Shown: positions 1-13,442 of the stretch, piece after piece
Position numbering within the stretch: the stretch's first letter is position 1
Layout: each line of letters begins with the position of its first letter
Assembly: GCF_963921235.1 (NCBI RefSeq)
Contig: NC_086097.1
Span: 211,174,001-211,238,000 of the forward strand
Origin: Mobula hypostoma
Taxonomy: Eukaryota
DNA length: 64,000 bases
Direction: 5' to 3'
Notes under the pieces: generated by a model
The model's input: only the letters and a program-made list of their open reading frames with translations
What the model was told of the DNA's origin: nothing
Databases searched by the model: none
Program-made: the position numbers and the translations under genes

Positions 1-1772
1 TTTGAATGCCATTACCTCCTACAAAGTTAAATCTTGTCACATAGGGGACAGCAGAGCTTCAATTCCAGTTAAGCTCAATGTTTTCTATGCTCACTTTGAC
101 CACCAGAACAGTGAGGAACCATCACGTAACCCCATGTCTCCCAGTCGTCCTTTGGTCTCAGTATCTGAAGATGACATGTGGGCTGCCTTCAGAAGAGTGA
201 ATCCAAGGAAAGCTTCCCGTCTAGACAGAGTACCTGGCCAAGTACTGAAGACTTGTGCTGACCAACTGGCTGGGGTGTTCATGGATATCTTCAGCCTCTC
301 ATTCTGGCAGTGGATGGTAACCACCTGCTTCAAGCACGCTTCAATCGTACCAGTGCCCAAGTGGTGACCTGTCTAAATGACTATTGCCCAGTGACACTTA
401 CATTCACAGTGCTGAAGTGTTTTGAGAGGTTGGTGTTGAAACATATCAGCTCCTGTCTGAGTGGAGATTTGGATCCTCACCAATTTGCCTATTGAAGCCA
501 CAGGTCCACATTAGATGCCATATCATTGGCTCTCACACAACCCTGGACCATCTGGACATACATCAGGATGTTCTTCATTGATTGCAGCTCAGCATTTAAC
601 ACCATCATCCCCTCAAAACTAATCAGGAAGCTCCAAGATCTGGGCCTCAATACCACCTTGTGCAACTGGACGCTGGATTTCCTCACTTGTAGACCCCAGT
701 CAGTGTGGATTGGAAAAACATCTCCTCCACAATCTCCATCAGCACAGGAGCACCGCAGGGATGTGTGCTTTGCCCCCTGCTCTGTGAGGCTAAGTACAGC
801 TCCAATACGAGATACAAGATTGCTGATGACACCACTGGTGAGGGCTGTATCAAAGGGGGGTGATGAATCAACATATAGGAGGGAGATTGAATACTTGGCT
901 GAGTTGTGTAATAACAACAACCTCTCACTCAATGTCGATAAGACCAATGAACTGATAGCAGACTTCAGGAGAGGGAAACCAGAGGTCTATGAGACAGTAA
1001 TCATTGGAGGATGAAAAGTGGAGAGGGTGAGTAACTTTAAATTCCTGGTTGTCACTATCTCAGAGGATCTGTCCTGGACCCGTCATATAAATATAAATGC
1101 AAAGAAAGCAAGACAGCCCCTTTACTTCCTCAGGAGTATGCGGAGATTCGCATGTCATCAAAAACCTCAAAAAACTCGACAGAAGTCTGGTGGAAAGTGT
1201 GCTGACTGCCTGCTTTATGGTCTGGTATGGAAACACCAATACCTTTGAGTGGAAAATCCTACAAAAAGGTAACGGATTCGGCCAATACATCACAGGTAAA
1301 GCACTCCCAACCATTGAGCATATCTACATGAAACATTGCCGTAGAGAAGCAGTATCCATCATCAAAGATACTCACTGCATGGGCCATGTTTTTTTCTCAA
1401 TGCTGCCTTATGGTAGAAGGTTCAAGTGCCTCAGGACTCATACCACCAGGATCAAAAGCAGTTACTACCCCTTAACTATCCGGCTCTTGAACGAAAGGGG
1501 ATAACTACACTCATTCTGTTTCTGGTGTTCCCTCAATCAATGATCTCAGTTTAAGGACTCTTTTATCTTGTTATTTCACAGTTGTTATTTATTGCTATTA
1601 ATTTATATTTGCATTTGCACACTTTGTTGTTCATTGATCCTGTTTACAGTTACTGTTTTATAGATTTGCTAAATATGCCCACAGGAAAAAGAATCTCAAG
1701 GTTGTATGTGGTGATGTATACAGCATGATAATAAATTTTACTTTAAATTTCGAACTTGTGAACTTTGAACTT
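1..1772 (+). mobile_element. Rex1/Babar-type non-LTR retrotransposon, degenerate RT region and 3' end
   Basis: Frameshifted RT motifs ([58 protein letters not shown]) and an AATAAA..(ACTTTGA)n tail at about 1730-1772. Confidence 0.88.
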
Positions 1773-2195
1773 ATTCAGTTACTCATCTTTTTCGCATGGG
1801 AGCAGTTTCTCCTTACTCATCTTACTTATATGATTATAACTCCTTCATGTTCTGAGCACCTCAATTTTCTTTCTACTCTATATTCTGTATTATAAGGAAA
1901 ATATCCCCATATTTCTAATCACCCTAGGAAACTAGAATTCCTGGTTTGATTTTAGTAAGTACCTCCAGATGCCTGACATCCTCACTTGATGCACTGATTT
2001 GCTTCAAATACTCTTAGCTGGGTCTAACAGATGTTTTTGAAATGTCCGTATAATTTTGTTTCTGCTATTCTTTGTTTATTAAGCTAAGTTTCTCTTACGC
2101 TTTTTATACCACATTATTGAACTTGTATTCATACAACCCCAGTTTCCACTGCTTTGGCTTAGAAACATAGAAACATAGAAAACCTACAGCATAAT

Positions 2196-2293
2196 CATGG
2201 AGGAATTTAAGGTGGGGGGTTATATGGGAGGCAGGGTTTGAGGGTCGGCACAACATTGTGGGCCGAAGGGCCTGTAATGTGCTGTACTGTTCT
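2196..2293 (+). mobile_element. Short CR1 3'-end fragment inserted in opposite orientation into the tail of the CR1 above
   Basis: GGCACAACATTGTGGGCCGAAGGGCCTGT..GCTGTACTGTTCT CR1 3' UTR, flanked by ATAAT at 2191-2195 and 2294-2298. Confidence 0.7.
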
Positions 2294-3000
2294 ATAATAC
2301 AGGCCCTTTGGCCCACAAAGTTGTGCCGAACATGTCCCTACCTTAGAAATTACTAGGGTTACCCATAGCCCTCTATTTTTCTAAACTCCATGTACCTATC
2401 CAAAAGTCTCTTAAAAGACCCTATCGTATCCACCTCCACCACCATTGCGGGCAGCCCATTCCACGCACTAACCACTCCCTGCGTAAAAAACTTACCCCTG
2501 ACATCTCCTCTGTACCTACTCCCAAGCACCTTAAACCTGTGCCCTCTTGTGGCAGTCATTTCAGCCCTGGGAAAAAGCCTCTGACAATCCACACGATCAA
2601 TGCCTCTCATCATCTTATACACCTCTATCAGGTCACCTCTCATCCTCCTTCACTCCAAGGAGAAAAGGCCAAGTTCACTCAATCTGCTTTCATAAGGCAT
2701 GCTCCCCAATCCAGGCAACATCCTTGTAAATCTCCCCAGCACCCTTTCTATAGTTCTGTAGTGAGGAGACCAGTACTGAGCACAGTACTCCAAGTGGGGT
2801 CTGACCAGGGTCCTATATAGCTGCAGCATTACCTCTCGGCTCCTAAATTCAATTCCACGATTGATGAAGGCCAGTACACCGTATGTTTTCTTAACCACAG
2901 AGTCAATTTGCACAGCTGCTTTGAGCGTCCTATGGACTCGGACACCAAGATCCCTCTGATCCTCCACACTGCCGAGAGTCTTACCATTAATACTATATTC

Positions 3001-3067
3001 CATGACAGTAATGCACCACTAAGCTGGGTGCCAACTGCCGTAAAACAAGAAGAAGAAGAAGAAGACA
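3001..3067 (+). mobile_element. 67-bp extreme 3' end of a (GAA)n-tailed LINE (Nimb/I-like) inserted in CR1
   Basis: TSD ACTATATTC at 2992-3000 and 3068-3076; ..GTAATGCACC..GCCAACTGCCGTAAAAC(AAG)n end; splits the CR1 peptide AEYS/INGKTL. Clade is inferred from recalled 3' ends. Confidence 0.65.
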
Positions 3068-4615
3068 ACTATATTCTGCCATCATATTTGACCTACCAAA
3101 ATGAAACACTTCACACTTACCTGGGTTGAACTCCATCTGCCACTTTTCAGCCCAGTTTTGCATCCTATCAATGTCCCGCTGTAACCTTGGACAGCCCTCC
3201 ACACTATCCCCAACACCCTCAACCTTGGTGTCATCAGCAAACTTACTAATCCATCCCTCCACTTCCTCATCCAGATCATTTATAAAAATCATGAAGAATA
3301 AGGGTCCCAGAACAGATCCCTGAGGTACACCACTGGTCACCGACCTCCATGCAGAATATGACCTGTCTACAACCACTCTTTGCCTTCTGTGGGCAAGACA
3401 GTTCTGGATCCACAAAGCAATGTCCCCTTGGATCCCATGCCTCCTTACTTTCTCAATAAGCCTTGCATGAGGTACCTTAAATGCCTTGCTGAAATCCATA
3501 TACACTACATCTACTGCTCTTCCTTCATCAATGTGTTTGGTCACATCCTCAAAAAATTCAACCAGGCTCATAAGGCACGACCTGCCCTTGACAAAGCCAT
3601 GCTGACTATTCCTAATCATATTATGCCTCTCTAAATGTTCATAAATCCTGCCTCTCAGGATCTTCTCCATCAACTTACCAACCACTGAAGTAAGATTCAC
3701 TGGTCTATAATTTCCAATATGACTCACTGGTCTATAATTACTTTTAACATGTTGATATTTACTATCCCTTGCTCTTCCAACTAAATTTCTTGCATAATAA
3801 AGACCAGTGAAAAGAACCAGATGTTACTTGATTTGTGCAAGGATGCCATGTTATGGATCTTCACAGATCTGCATCTTCCTTTTCTGTTAGTGACAGGCAG
3901 ACAATTATCCAAAAAAATCGCCTTTATAACTGGATAAATGGGCCTTTGAAGCACACAGAAAATTGAGTTCGTAACAAAGGTCACAACAAGCAACACACAT
4001 AAAATGTTGAAGGATCTCAGAAGTTCAGGCAGCATCTACAGAAGGCAATAAACAGTCAACATTTCAGGCCTCGGTCCTTTGTCATTCCTGATCAAGGTGT
4101 TCATTGTAATTAATTACTTAATACTGCAAATTCCTAACAGATCAGGTCAATATTGAAATACAAAGTTCTGGAACAGTAGGTTAGGCAGTTTTTGTGGAAA
4201 GAGAGAGAGAATTCATGTTTCAGCTCAGAGACATTGGAACCTGTTCTGACCAAAAGTCACTGACCTGAAGCACTAATTCACTTTCTACATGACGTACTGA
4301 GTGTTTCAAACATTTTTTGTTGTTACTGTAGATTTTGTAGGCTGTGCAGCTTCTTTTTAAACTGTGCAAAAGTTTTAAACTGTGCAAAGTTTTAGGCACA
4401 TATGTACAGCTAGGATGCCTCAGACGTCTGCACAGTAGTGTAGTAATTTTATACCTTACACTGTTCTGCTGTCACAAAAGAATCATCCACATAATTGAAA
4501 AGAGATTTTAAACAGCTCACTGTAATTGATATCACTTGTTACTTCAGAGTCATTTCCTGTAACAGGATAAGGATAATATGACTGGGGCATTTATAAGATA
4601 TCAGTGCTCCATTAA

Positions 4616-4797
4616 CAAGAGAAAATCTGCAGATGCTGGAAATCCGAGCAACACACACAAAATGCTGGAGGAACTCAGCAGGTCAGGCAGCATCTATGGA
4701 AAAAAGTACAGTCGATGTTTCGGGCCGAAACATCAACTGCATTTTTTTCCATAGATGCTGCCTGATCTGCTGATTTCCTCCAGCATTTTCTGTGTGA
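4616..4797. mobile_element. Penelope-like element 3'-end palindrome, older subfamily
   Basis: Inverted arms folding at about 4724 (GTTTCGG-G-CCGAAAC); TSD TGCTCCATTAA at 4605-4615 and 4798-4808. Confidence 0.85.
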
Positions 4798-4877
4798 TGC
4801 TCCATTAATACTGGTTAAACCTCAACATTGTTTATAAAAAAGTTTACATCTCCACAACCCTCTGAAATACATTAAGC

Positions 4878-5710
4878 ATAGAGTCATAGAACACCACAGC
4901 ACAGATACAAGCCCTTCAGCCCATCTAGTCCATGCTGACCTATTACTCTGCCTATTTCCTTTGGCCTGTACCCAGTCCATAGTTCTCCATACCCCTCCCA
5001 TCCATGTACCTACCAAATTTCTCTTAAATGTTGAAATTAAATCCACACCCACCACTTTCGCTGGGAGCTCATTCCACACTCTCAACACCCTCTGAGTAAA
5101 GAATTTCACCTCATGTTCCCCTTAAACATTTCACCTTTCACCCTTAACCCATGACCTCCAGTTCTAGTCTTACCCAACATCAGTAGAAAAAGCCTGCTTG
5201 CATTTACCCTATTTATGCCCCTCATAATTTTGTATACTTCCATTAAAAATTCTCCGAAACCCATTCTCCTACTTTAATCTCCTACACTCCAGGGAATAAA
5301 TTCCTAATCTACAAACATGAGAATATTTTCAGATGTTGGAAACCAAAGCAACACACACAAAATGCTGGAGGAACTCAGCAAGCCAGGCAGCATCTATGGA
5401 AAAGAGTAAACATTCAATGTTTTGGGCAGTCCATCATGCAGTCCTGATGAAGGTTCTCAGCCTAAAACGTCAATTGTTTACTCTTTTCCATAGAGGTTGC
5501 CTGGCCTGCTGAGTTCCTCTGGCATTTTGTGTGCGTTGCAAAGTTCTAATCTATTCAACCTTTCCCTAGAACTCAGGTGTTCAAGTCCTGGCAACATCCT
5601 TGCAAATTTTCTCTTCACTTTTTCAATCTTATTGATAGACAACTAGACACAATACTCCAAATTAGGCCTCACAAATGTCTTAATCAAATTCAAAATAATA
5701 TCCCAATATC
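4878..5710 (-). mobile_element. CR1 3' fragment, interrupted by a PLE palindrome
   Basis: FFTQRVLRVWNELP motif and CR1 3' UTR. Confidence 0.85.
5312..5539. mobile_element. Penelope-like palindrome, degenerate
   Basis: Inverted arms, decayed hammerhead at about 5440-5476, imperfect TSD AAATTCCTAATCTA / AAAGTTCTAATCTA. Confidence 0.8.
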
Positions 5711-6186
5711 TGGACTAATTCTGTAAATAATAACTAAAGACTCATGTGAATTTTAGATTGCATATAAAGTTCTAGAAATGGTCAAATAAAACTTAGGTTC
5801 AACAAAATAACAAGGAATCATGTATGAAAATAAACAAAATGGAATAGGTGGGGGATTAGTACGCTAATTGTTATGTGGGGATATAACTTCAGTTTTCTAA
5901 CTGTCAAGCCCTTTAAGAAATGAAATTACTTTTCATTTTCTCATCATTAATATGGGTTCCCCTCCCCTCCCCAATATGGGTCTGGTCTGTTTAATTTCTC
6001 TCTAATTAAAAATAAAGGACACCATCGCAGGAATCAATGTTTAGACCGTATGTATGTGTGTATATCTGGTCACCTGATTAAAAAATGGCTTTATGGATTG
6101 TGCAAAGGGTGTGAAACAAACTTGCATGGATGATATCAGTCTGCAAGGTTATATTTATCAGAAAAGGATGATTAGGATGGGTCTCA

Positions 6187-8160
6187 AGGAAGCAAAAATT
6201 AGTGGGAAGACAGAGGATTGGGAAGTTTTTAAAACCTTACAAAAGGAAACTAAGAAGGTCATGAAGAGGGAAAAGATTAACTATGAAAGGAAGCTAGCAA
6301 ATAATATCAAAGAGGATACGAAAAGCTTCTTCAAGTATGTAAAGAGTAAAAGACAGATGAGAGTAGATATAGGACCAATAGAAAATGATGCTGGAGAAAT
6401 TGTAATGGGAGATAAGGAGATGGCGGAGGAACTGAACATGTATTTTGCATCAGTCTTCACTGAGGAAGACAGCAGTATACCGGACACTCAAGGGTGGCAG
6501 GGAAGAGAAGTGTGCGCAGTCACAATTACGACAGAGAAAGTACTCAGGAAGCTGAGTAGTCTAAAGGTAGATAAATCTCCTGGACCAGATGGAATGTACC
6601 CGTGTGTTCTGAAGGAAGTAGCTGTGGAGATTGCGGAGGCATTAGCGATGATCTTTCAAAAGTCAATAGATTCTGGCATGGTTCCGGAGGACTGGAAGAT
6701 TGCAAATGTCACTCCACTATTTAAGAAGGGGGCAAGGAAGCAAAAAGAAAATTATTAGATCTGTTAGCTTGACATCGATGGTTGGGAGGTTGTTGGAGTC
6801 GATTGTCAAGGATGAGGTTACAGAGTACCTGGAGGCATATGACAAGATAGGCAGAACTCAGCATGGATTCCTTAAAGGAAAATCCTGCCTGACAAACCTA
6901 TTACAATTTTTTGAGGAAATTACCAGTAGGCTAGACAAGGGAGATGCAGTGGATGTTGTATATTTGGATTTTCAGAAGGCCTTTGACAAGGTACCACACA
7001 TGAGGCTACTTAACAAGATAAGAGCCCATGGAATTACGGGAAAGTTACATACGTGGATAGAGCGTCGGCTGATTGGCAGGAAACAGAGAGTGGGAATAAA
7101 GGGATCCTATTCTGGTTGGCTGCCGGTTACCAGTGGTGTTCCACAGGGGTCCGTGTTGGGGCCGCTTCTTTTAACATTGTACATCAACGATTTGGATTAT
7201 GGAATAGATGGCTTTGTGGCTAAGTTTACTGATGATACGAAGATAAGTGAAGGGGCTGGTAGTGCTGAGGAAACAGAGTGTCTGCAGAGAGACTTGGATA
7301 GATTGGAAGAATGGGCAGAGAAGTGGCAAATGAAGTACAATGTTGGAAAGTGTATGGTTATGCACTTTGGCAGAAAAAATAAACGGGCAGACTATTATTT
7401 AAATGGGGAAAGAATTCAAAGTTCTGAGATGCAACGGGACTTGGGAGTCCTCGTACAGGATACCCTTAAAGTTAACCTCCAGGTTGAGTCAGTAGTGAAG
7501 AAGGCGAATGCAATGTTGGCATTCATTTCTAGAGGAATAGAGTATACGAGCAGGGATGTGATGTTGAGGCTCTATAAGGCGCTGGTGAGACCTCACTTGG
7601 AGTACTGTGGGCAGTTTTGGTCTCCTTATTTAAGAAAGGATATACTGACGTTGGAGAGGGTACAGAGAAGATTCAATAGAATGATTCCGGGAATGAGAGG
7701 GTTAACATATGAGGAACATTTGTCCACTCTTGGACTGTATTCCTTGGAGTTTAGAAGAATGAGGGGAGACCTCATAGAAACATTTCGAATGTTGAAAGGT
7801 ATGGACAGAGTGGATGTGGCAAAGTTGTTTCCCATGATGGGGGAGTGTAGTACGAGAGGGCATGACTTAAGGATTGAAGGGTGCCCATTCAGAACAGAGA
7901 TGCAAAGAAATTTTTTTAGTCAGAGGGTGGTGAATCTATGGAATTTGTTGCCACGGGCAGCAGTGGAGGCCAAGTCATTGGGTGTATTTAAGGCAGAGAT
8001 TGATAGGTATCTGAGTAGCCAGGGCATCAAAGGTTATGGTGAGAAGGCGGGGGAGTGGGACTAAATGGAAGAATGAATCAGCTCATGATAAAATGGCGGA
8101 GCAGACTCAATTGGCCGAATGGCCGACTTCTGCTCCTTTGTCTTATGGTCTTATGGTCTT
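6187..8160 (+). mobile_element. CR1 LINE, relatively young, 5'-truncated; RT open except for one frameshift near 6755
   Basis: ORFs 6093-6758 and 6700-8064 (KSPGPDG, QHGFLKGKSC, YLDFQKAFDKVPH, GVPQGSVLGP, KFTDDT); (TTATGGTC)n tail. Confidence 0.96.
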
Positions 8161-9861
8161 TTTACTCCTGAAAATTATCATTTCCAGTGTAACATAATAG
8201 AGGATTCAAACTTATAAAAGCTTTCAATAAATGAGAGAAAGGGAGTTCAGTTCTGCATCTGAAAGTGGTAAAACTAGAACCAATCAAGATTACTGCCAAG
8301 ATATTACCTGGGAATTCAGATGGTTACTTATCTCAGACACAGCTGAGTGTACCCAGAATTTTCGGTTTTTATTTTTCTTTCCTCAGAAATTGGTAGGAAT
8401 GCTAACTTGCCAACAGAGGGAGTAGTCAAGACAAATCTTATATGTATGTATCAAGGAAAAGGGAATGCAGGCCTTAGCAGTTAGTGTTTGATAAGGACCA
8501 ATATATGGGTGTTTGTGCAGCAAAAGCATGAACTACCTGGACCAAATTCCTATGATACATTCCACATAATTCTCTTCTGGAATATGATATTACACCAATA
8601 TGATTGGTGTAATTTCCCCCAAGAGTCATAATTTGGTGCTTATTATTGTTTGGTCATTGGCCAAACTTGTAAGCCTCCAGGGAAGTGTCACCTCTAAACT
8701 CCAGGGTGAATATCCTAGGAGTAAAAATCAGCACAACATTCTCAGCCAAAATAGCTGATCTGAAGCCCCAGAACACAGAGATTGCTGCCAGGAGGAGAGA
8801 CAAACAACCAGGAACAACATTTCAAACAAATCTCTGACCAAGTATGTCATAATGAATGTTTTTAACAGTAACATTATTTTGATGGTAACCCTGCTTAGCT
8901 AATTATTACAAGCTTAGTTTATATTGAAAGGTCATAGATAATTAAAACAGCAAAATGCTTTATTGGAACTCAGTTCAGACAAAAAAATATAATCTGCAAT
9001 TTGCAACAATTATTTTTTGTGTGGCTTATTTGCAGTAGAAAGTGAAATAGCATTAGAAGCAGTGTGTGACAACACTGTTTTAAGAATATTTCTATCTAGT
9101 TTTTTTTTGGGCATCACTAAAATATCTAGTATAATTATCATTTACTCTAATGAAATGAAAGAAATGCACGGAGCCACATATGGCAGAAACATTTTGATGT
9201 GCTCATCCAAGACCTCTGAAGCTGATCGTACCAAAGTTTGTGGGGCTAGAGGGAGCCCCCTTTGGTTTGCTTGTCAGTTGTTCATTGCTGGTATCACCCA
9301 ATTTATATTGTGTATAAAGGATTTATAGCTATGATTACCTATATGATTGAGTTAGGGAGAAAAGATAAAATAGATTCTTGATGGAAATTGAAGTGAAACT
9401 CTGTTTATTATTTTCATAAATACTTGGCCCAAGACAAGAGAGCTATACCATTCAGGTTCTTCGCTTACTGATTATGATACTGCCTGGTGATTCATGAGTT
9501 CAGATCTCTAGCATGTTATAAAATTGAATTAAATAGATATGGTAATTTGTAGGCTAGTTCCCAATAGTTCTCATAAAACTTGCCAGATTATTATTAAAAA
9601 CTCTCATTAGTTACAGTGGTTGATTCTTTTACGGCTCTCAGGGACAATTGCAGCTATGCACATTGCCTTGACATGACTGCCAAAATCCCAGAAACTAAAA
9701 CATCTTTAAATATTGAAATTAAAATCTGGAACATAAAGGTTTGGTCTGTGCTTATAAATATAATTTAAGGTTCTCAGATTCCTGATCAGATGAGGTTCTT
9801 AATACATGATTCAGAAGTAGATAATAGCTTGACCAGAGAGAAAAGTACCAAGTGCAATTAT

Positions 9862-10548
9862 GAAGAAAGGACAGCAGGGCCTCTGTGTTTGCGAAGATTT
9901 GGCATGACATCTAAAACTTTGACAAACGTCTATAGATCTGTGGTTGGATGACTGGCTGCATCACAGCCTGATATGGAAGCAATAATGTCCTTAAGCAGAA
10001 ATCCAACTAAAAGTAGTCTATACGGTCCAGTCCATCACAGGTAAAGCCCTCCCCACATTGGGCACATCCACCCAGAGCATTGTTGCGGGAATGCAGTATC
10101 CATCTTCAGAGATCCCCACCACCTAAGTCATGCTCTCTTCTCACTGCTGCCATCAGGAGGAAGAAACAGGAGCTTCAGGGCTCACACCACCAGGTTCAGG
10201 AACAGTTACCACCCCTCACCATCAGGCTTTTGAACCAAAGTGGATAACTTTACTCAACTTCACTTGCCCCGTCACTGAGCTGTTCCCACAACCTATGGGC
10301 TCACTTTCAAGGACTCTTCATTTCATGTTTTCAATATTTGTTGCTTATTTACTTATTATTAATGTTATTATTATTTCTTTCTTGTTTTATTTGGACAATT
10401 TGTTTCTTTTACACACTGGTTTTCTCCCCTGTTGGTGCAGTCTTTCATTGATGGATTTATTGAGTATGCCTGCAAGAAAATGAATCTCAGGGGTATATAT
10501 GGTGACATATATATAATATATACTTTGATAATAATTTTACTTTGACTT
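9862..10548 (+). mobile_element. Rex1/Babar 3' fragment
   Basis: HALFSLLPSG-type region and Rex tail ..GAATCTCAGGG..TTTACTTTGA. Confidence 0.8.
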
Positions 10549-10811
10549 CTGGATAAAGTGTATAAAGTATCTGCTTTATACCCGTTAGGGAGAAAGAGAG
10601 AAAATAAGTTCAAGTTCATTGTCATTCAACAATATACATGCACTGCATATAGCCAAACAAAGCAATCCCTCCAAACTAAGGTGCACAACACAGTACATAT
10701 AACTCACAAACAACACGAAGTACTATTACCACAAATAAATTCATAAAATAATGATATCTATTAGATCCAGAAGATTGGTATTAGCATAAGGTGCATTTAA
10801 CTATGATAAAA

Positions 10812-11618
10812 TAAAGTCAAAGTCACAGTAAATTTATTAATGATGTCACCATATATAACCTTTTCGTGGGTATATACAGTAAATCCAAGAAACACAATGG
10901 AATCAATGGAAGACTGCACCTGACAGAATGGTCAAATAACCAAAAGACAATAAAATATGCAAATATAAGAGTAAGTAAGTAAGTAAATAAATAAATAAAT
11001 AAATAAACAAGCAAGCAAGCAAGCAATAAATATTGAGAACATGAGATAGAGGTTGTGGGAACAGTTCAGTGATGCAAACAACAGGAATTCTGCAGATGCT
11101 GGAAATTCAAGCAACACACATCAAAGTTGCTGGTGAACGCAGCAGGCCAGGCAGCATCTATAGGAAGAAGTGCAGTCGACGCTTCAGGCCGAGACCCTTC
11201 GTCAGGACTAACTGAAGGAAGAGTTCAGTGATGGTTGAGTAAAGTTGAGTGAGGGTATCCCCACTGGTTCAAGAGCCTAAAGGTTGAGGGGTAATAACTG
11301 CTGCTGAAAATGGTGGTGTGGTTCTGAGGCTCCTGTACTTTCTCCTTGATGGCAGCAATGAGAAGAGAGCATGGCCTGGATGATGGGGGTACGTAATGAT
11401 GCATGCTGCTTACCTGCAACAGCGCTTCATGTACTGTAAGTGTGCTCAATGGTGGGGAGGACTTTACAAGTAATGGACTGGGCTGTATCCACTACTTTTT
11501 GTAGGATTTTCCATTAAAAGGCCTTGGTGTTTCCATACCAGGCTGTGATGCAAATAGTCAATATACTCTCCACCACACATCTCTTGAGGTTTGTCAAAGA
11601 TTTAGATATTATGCCGTC
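10812..11618 (-). mobile_element. Rex1/Babar 3' fragment containing (TAAG)/(TAAA)/(CAAG) microsatellites and a PLE insertion
   Basis: Reverse complement of the Rex 3' end (SSYYPSTFRLLNQ). Confidence 0.8.
11075..11221 (-). mobile_element. Single-arm PLE 3' end (147 bp) including the hammerhead motif
   Basis: TSD AGTTCAGTGATG at 11063-11074 and 11222-11233; same sequence as the arms of the palindromes. Confidence 0.9.
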
Positions 11619-11945
11619 TATAATAGCAAGTATAATTTGCATTCACACATCACAGTAAAGAATTCCAAAATGCTTCAGTATGTGTACTAAACAAAATTTC
11701 ACTCAAAAACTCAAATTTCAATTGAGCATTCTACTTTTAGGAATATTCAATGCTCCAAATTAGTTTATAGTGACCAAATTCTTGTTGAATTCTGATCATG
11801 GGTTGTCATGATACTAAATAATTATACTTGTTAACCTCATTCACCTTTTAGACTGCATCAGATTTCAGTACATTAAAAATAAGCAATTTGCTCATAAGTC
11901 AAGCAATGAGTTTCTATTTCTCAGAAATTTGAATGTATTATACAC

Positions 11946-12385
11946 ACGCAAACACACACGATTTTGCAGATGCTGGAAATCTAGAGCAAATGATCACAAA
12001 ATGCTGAAGGATCTCAGCAGGCCAGGCAACATCTATGGAAATGAATAAACAGTTGACATTTTGGGCCGGACCCTTCTTCAGGATTGGAAGGAAAGAGGAA
12101 ATTGATCTTCATGCCATCAGGCTGGAGGCTATCTAGAAGGAATATGAGGTGTTGCTCCTCCACTCTTAGAGTGGCCTCATCACAGTAAAAGATGAAGCTA
12201 TGGACTGACATGTCAGAACGGCAATGGGGATAGGAATTAAAATGGTGGGCCATCAGGAAATGCTACTTCTGGCGGACGGAGCGGAGATGCTCAACAATCA
12301 TTCCCCTAATTTATGTAGAAGAGGTCGCATCAGGAGCATCAGATACAAGAGGGGACCCCAACAGATTCACAGGTGAAGTGTTTCA
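11946..12385 (-). mobile_element. Older PLE fragment (GIY-YIG C-terminus plus 3' end, internally deleted)
   Basis: AHHFNS..SDMSVH..EATLRVEEQHLIFLLDSLQPDGMKINF joined to the hammerhead and tail. Confidence 0.85.
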
Positions 12386-12619
12386 ATACCTTGTGTACAT
12401 TGAATATCTATGCTGTAGTATGATCACCAAAAAAGAAATGGGACTAGTATCAGAGGCTAAGTTATTGCATGAAAAATTTTGTTTTTACTTACTTCCGGTT
12501 CTTCTTAGTTGATAAGAAAAGTCACTTTTTTTAAAAACTGTTTTTATGTCTGCAGCCAGGCTCATTGCAGGAAGCCTATCTGCACAGACGTCACGTGAGT
12601 GTTTGAGGCAGAAAGACTT

Positions 12620-12955
12620 AAAGAATTTATTTGAGAGTTTAATTCTTTACCACCAGCTTAGAATCACCATTGACAATGATGCGGTGATTGAAATTAGGGT
12701 GTACAGAAGGCTAGGATTGAAGAAGTGCAGAGATCTCAAAGGGTTGAAGTGGGAATAGAAGAAAAGGGAAGTGAGAGCTGCAAAAAAAAAGGTTATGCCA
12801 AGAGTAGATTTGAAAACCACAATAAGAATTTTAAAATGGAGTTGTCGGTAGTCCAGAGGACAAAGTAGGTGAATGGGTTAATGAGATTTGAGGCCATTCG
12901 TCTGGAAGTATCTGACAGGTAGGATGAGTTCAAGTTTACATGAGGTAGAAGAGAA
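12620..12955 (-). mobile_element. Ancient L2-like LINE fragment
   Basis: GATTTGAAAAC..AGAATTTTAAAAT..GGATGAGTTCAAGTTTAC resembles reverse-strand L2 3' ORF sequence; highly decayed. Confidence 0.45.
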
Positions 12956-12974
12956 AAAGCTCACAATGATAGAT

Positions 12975-13097
12975 AAATAACGATAGAGGTGTACTAGATA
13001 AGAGGCATAGATCAAGTGGACAGCCAGAGACTTCTTTTCCATGACAAAAATGATTAATACCAGGGTGATTGGAGGAAAACATAGGAAGATGTCAGAG

Positions 13098-13128
<31 letters not shown>

Positions 13129-13350
13129 GTTCTATTTTTTTAAAAAAACAGAGTGGGGGGTGTATGGAACACCTTGCCAAGGGTGGTAGTAGAGACAGAT
13201 ATATTATGGATATAAGAAACTCTTGGATGATAGAAAATGGAGGGCTATGTAAGACAGAGGGTTAGATGATCTTAGAGCAGGTTAAAAGATCAGCACAACT
13301 TTGTGAGCAGATTGGCCTGTGCTATGATGTGATGCTCTATCTATGTTCTA
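12975..13350 (+). mobile_element. CR1 3' fragment
   Basis: GATAGAGGTGTAC..GAGGCATAGAT..CAGCCAGAGACTT and CR1 3' UTR ending TATGTTCTA. Confidence 0.75.
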
Positions 13351-13442
13351 AACTGGATGAAGCTGGCAGATGGGAGCAGAGTTAGTGACAGGTCGGTGTG
13401 GGCTATTTTACTTCATTAAACGTCTGGATAAACAGCCTAGAA

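Larger units (their letters stand above)
2160..3740 (-). mobile_element. CR1 LINE, 5'-truncated, RT to 3' tail
   Basis: NYRPVNLTSVVGKLME, QHGFVKGRSC, SGVPQGSVLGP, KFADDTK, LVRPHLEYC, RGDLIEVYK; (CATAGAAA)n tail at 2161-2180. Confidence 0.95.

Noticed and set aside
4616..4797. Short palindromes as DNA-transposon MITEs
   Set aside because: The arms are PLE 3' ends, TSD length varies from 11 to 15 bp, and one arm has an unpaired tail.
6700..8064. 454-aa ORF as a host gene
   Set aside because: It is CR1 reverse transcriptase: 5'-truncated, frameshifted at about 6755 and ending in a CR1 tail.
10970..11030. (TAAG)(TAAA)(CAAG) compound microsatellite
   Set aside because: Ordinary simple repeat within a Rex 3' UTR.
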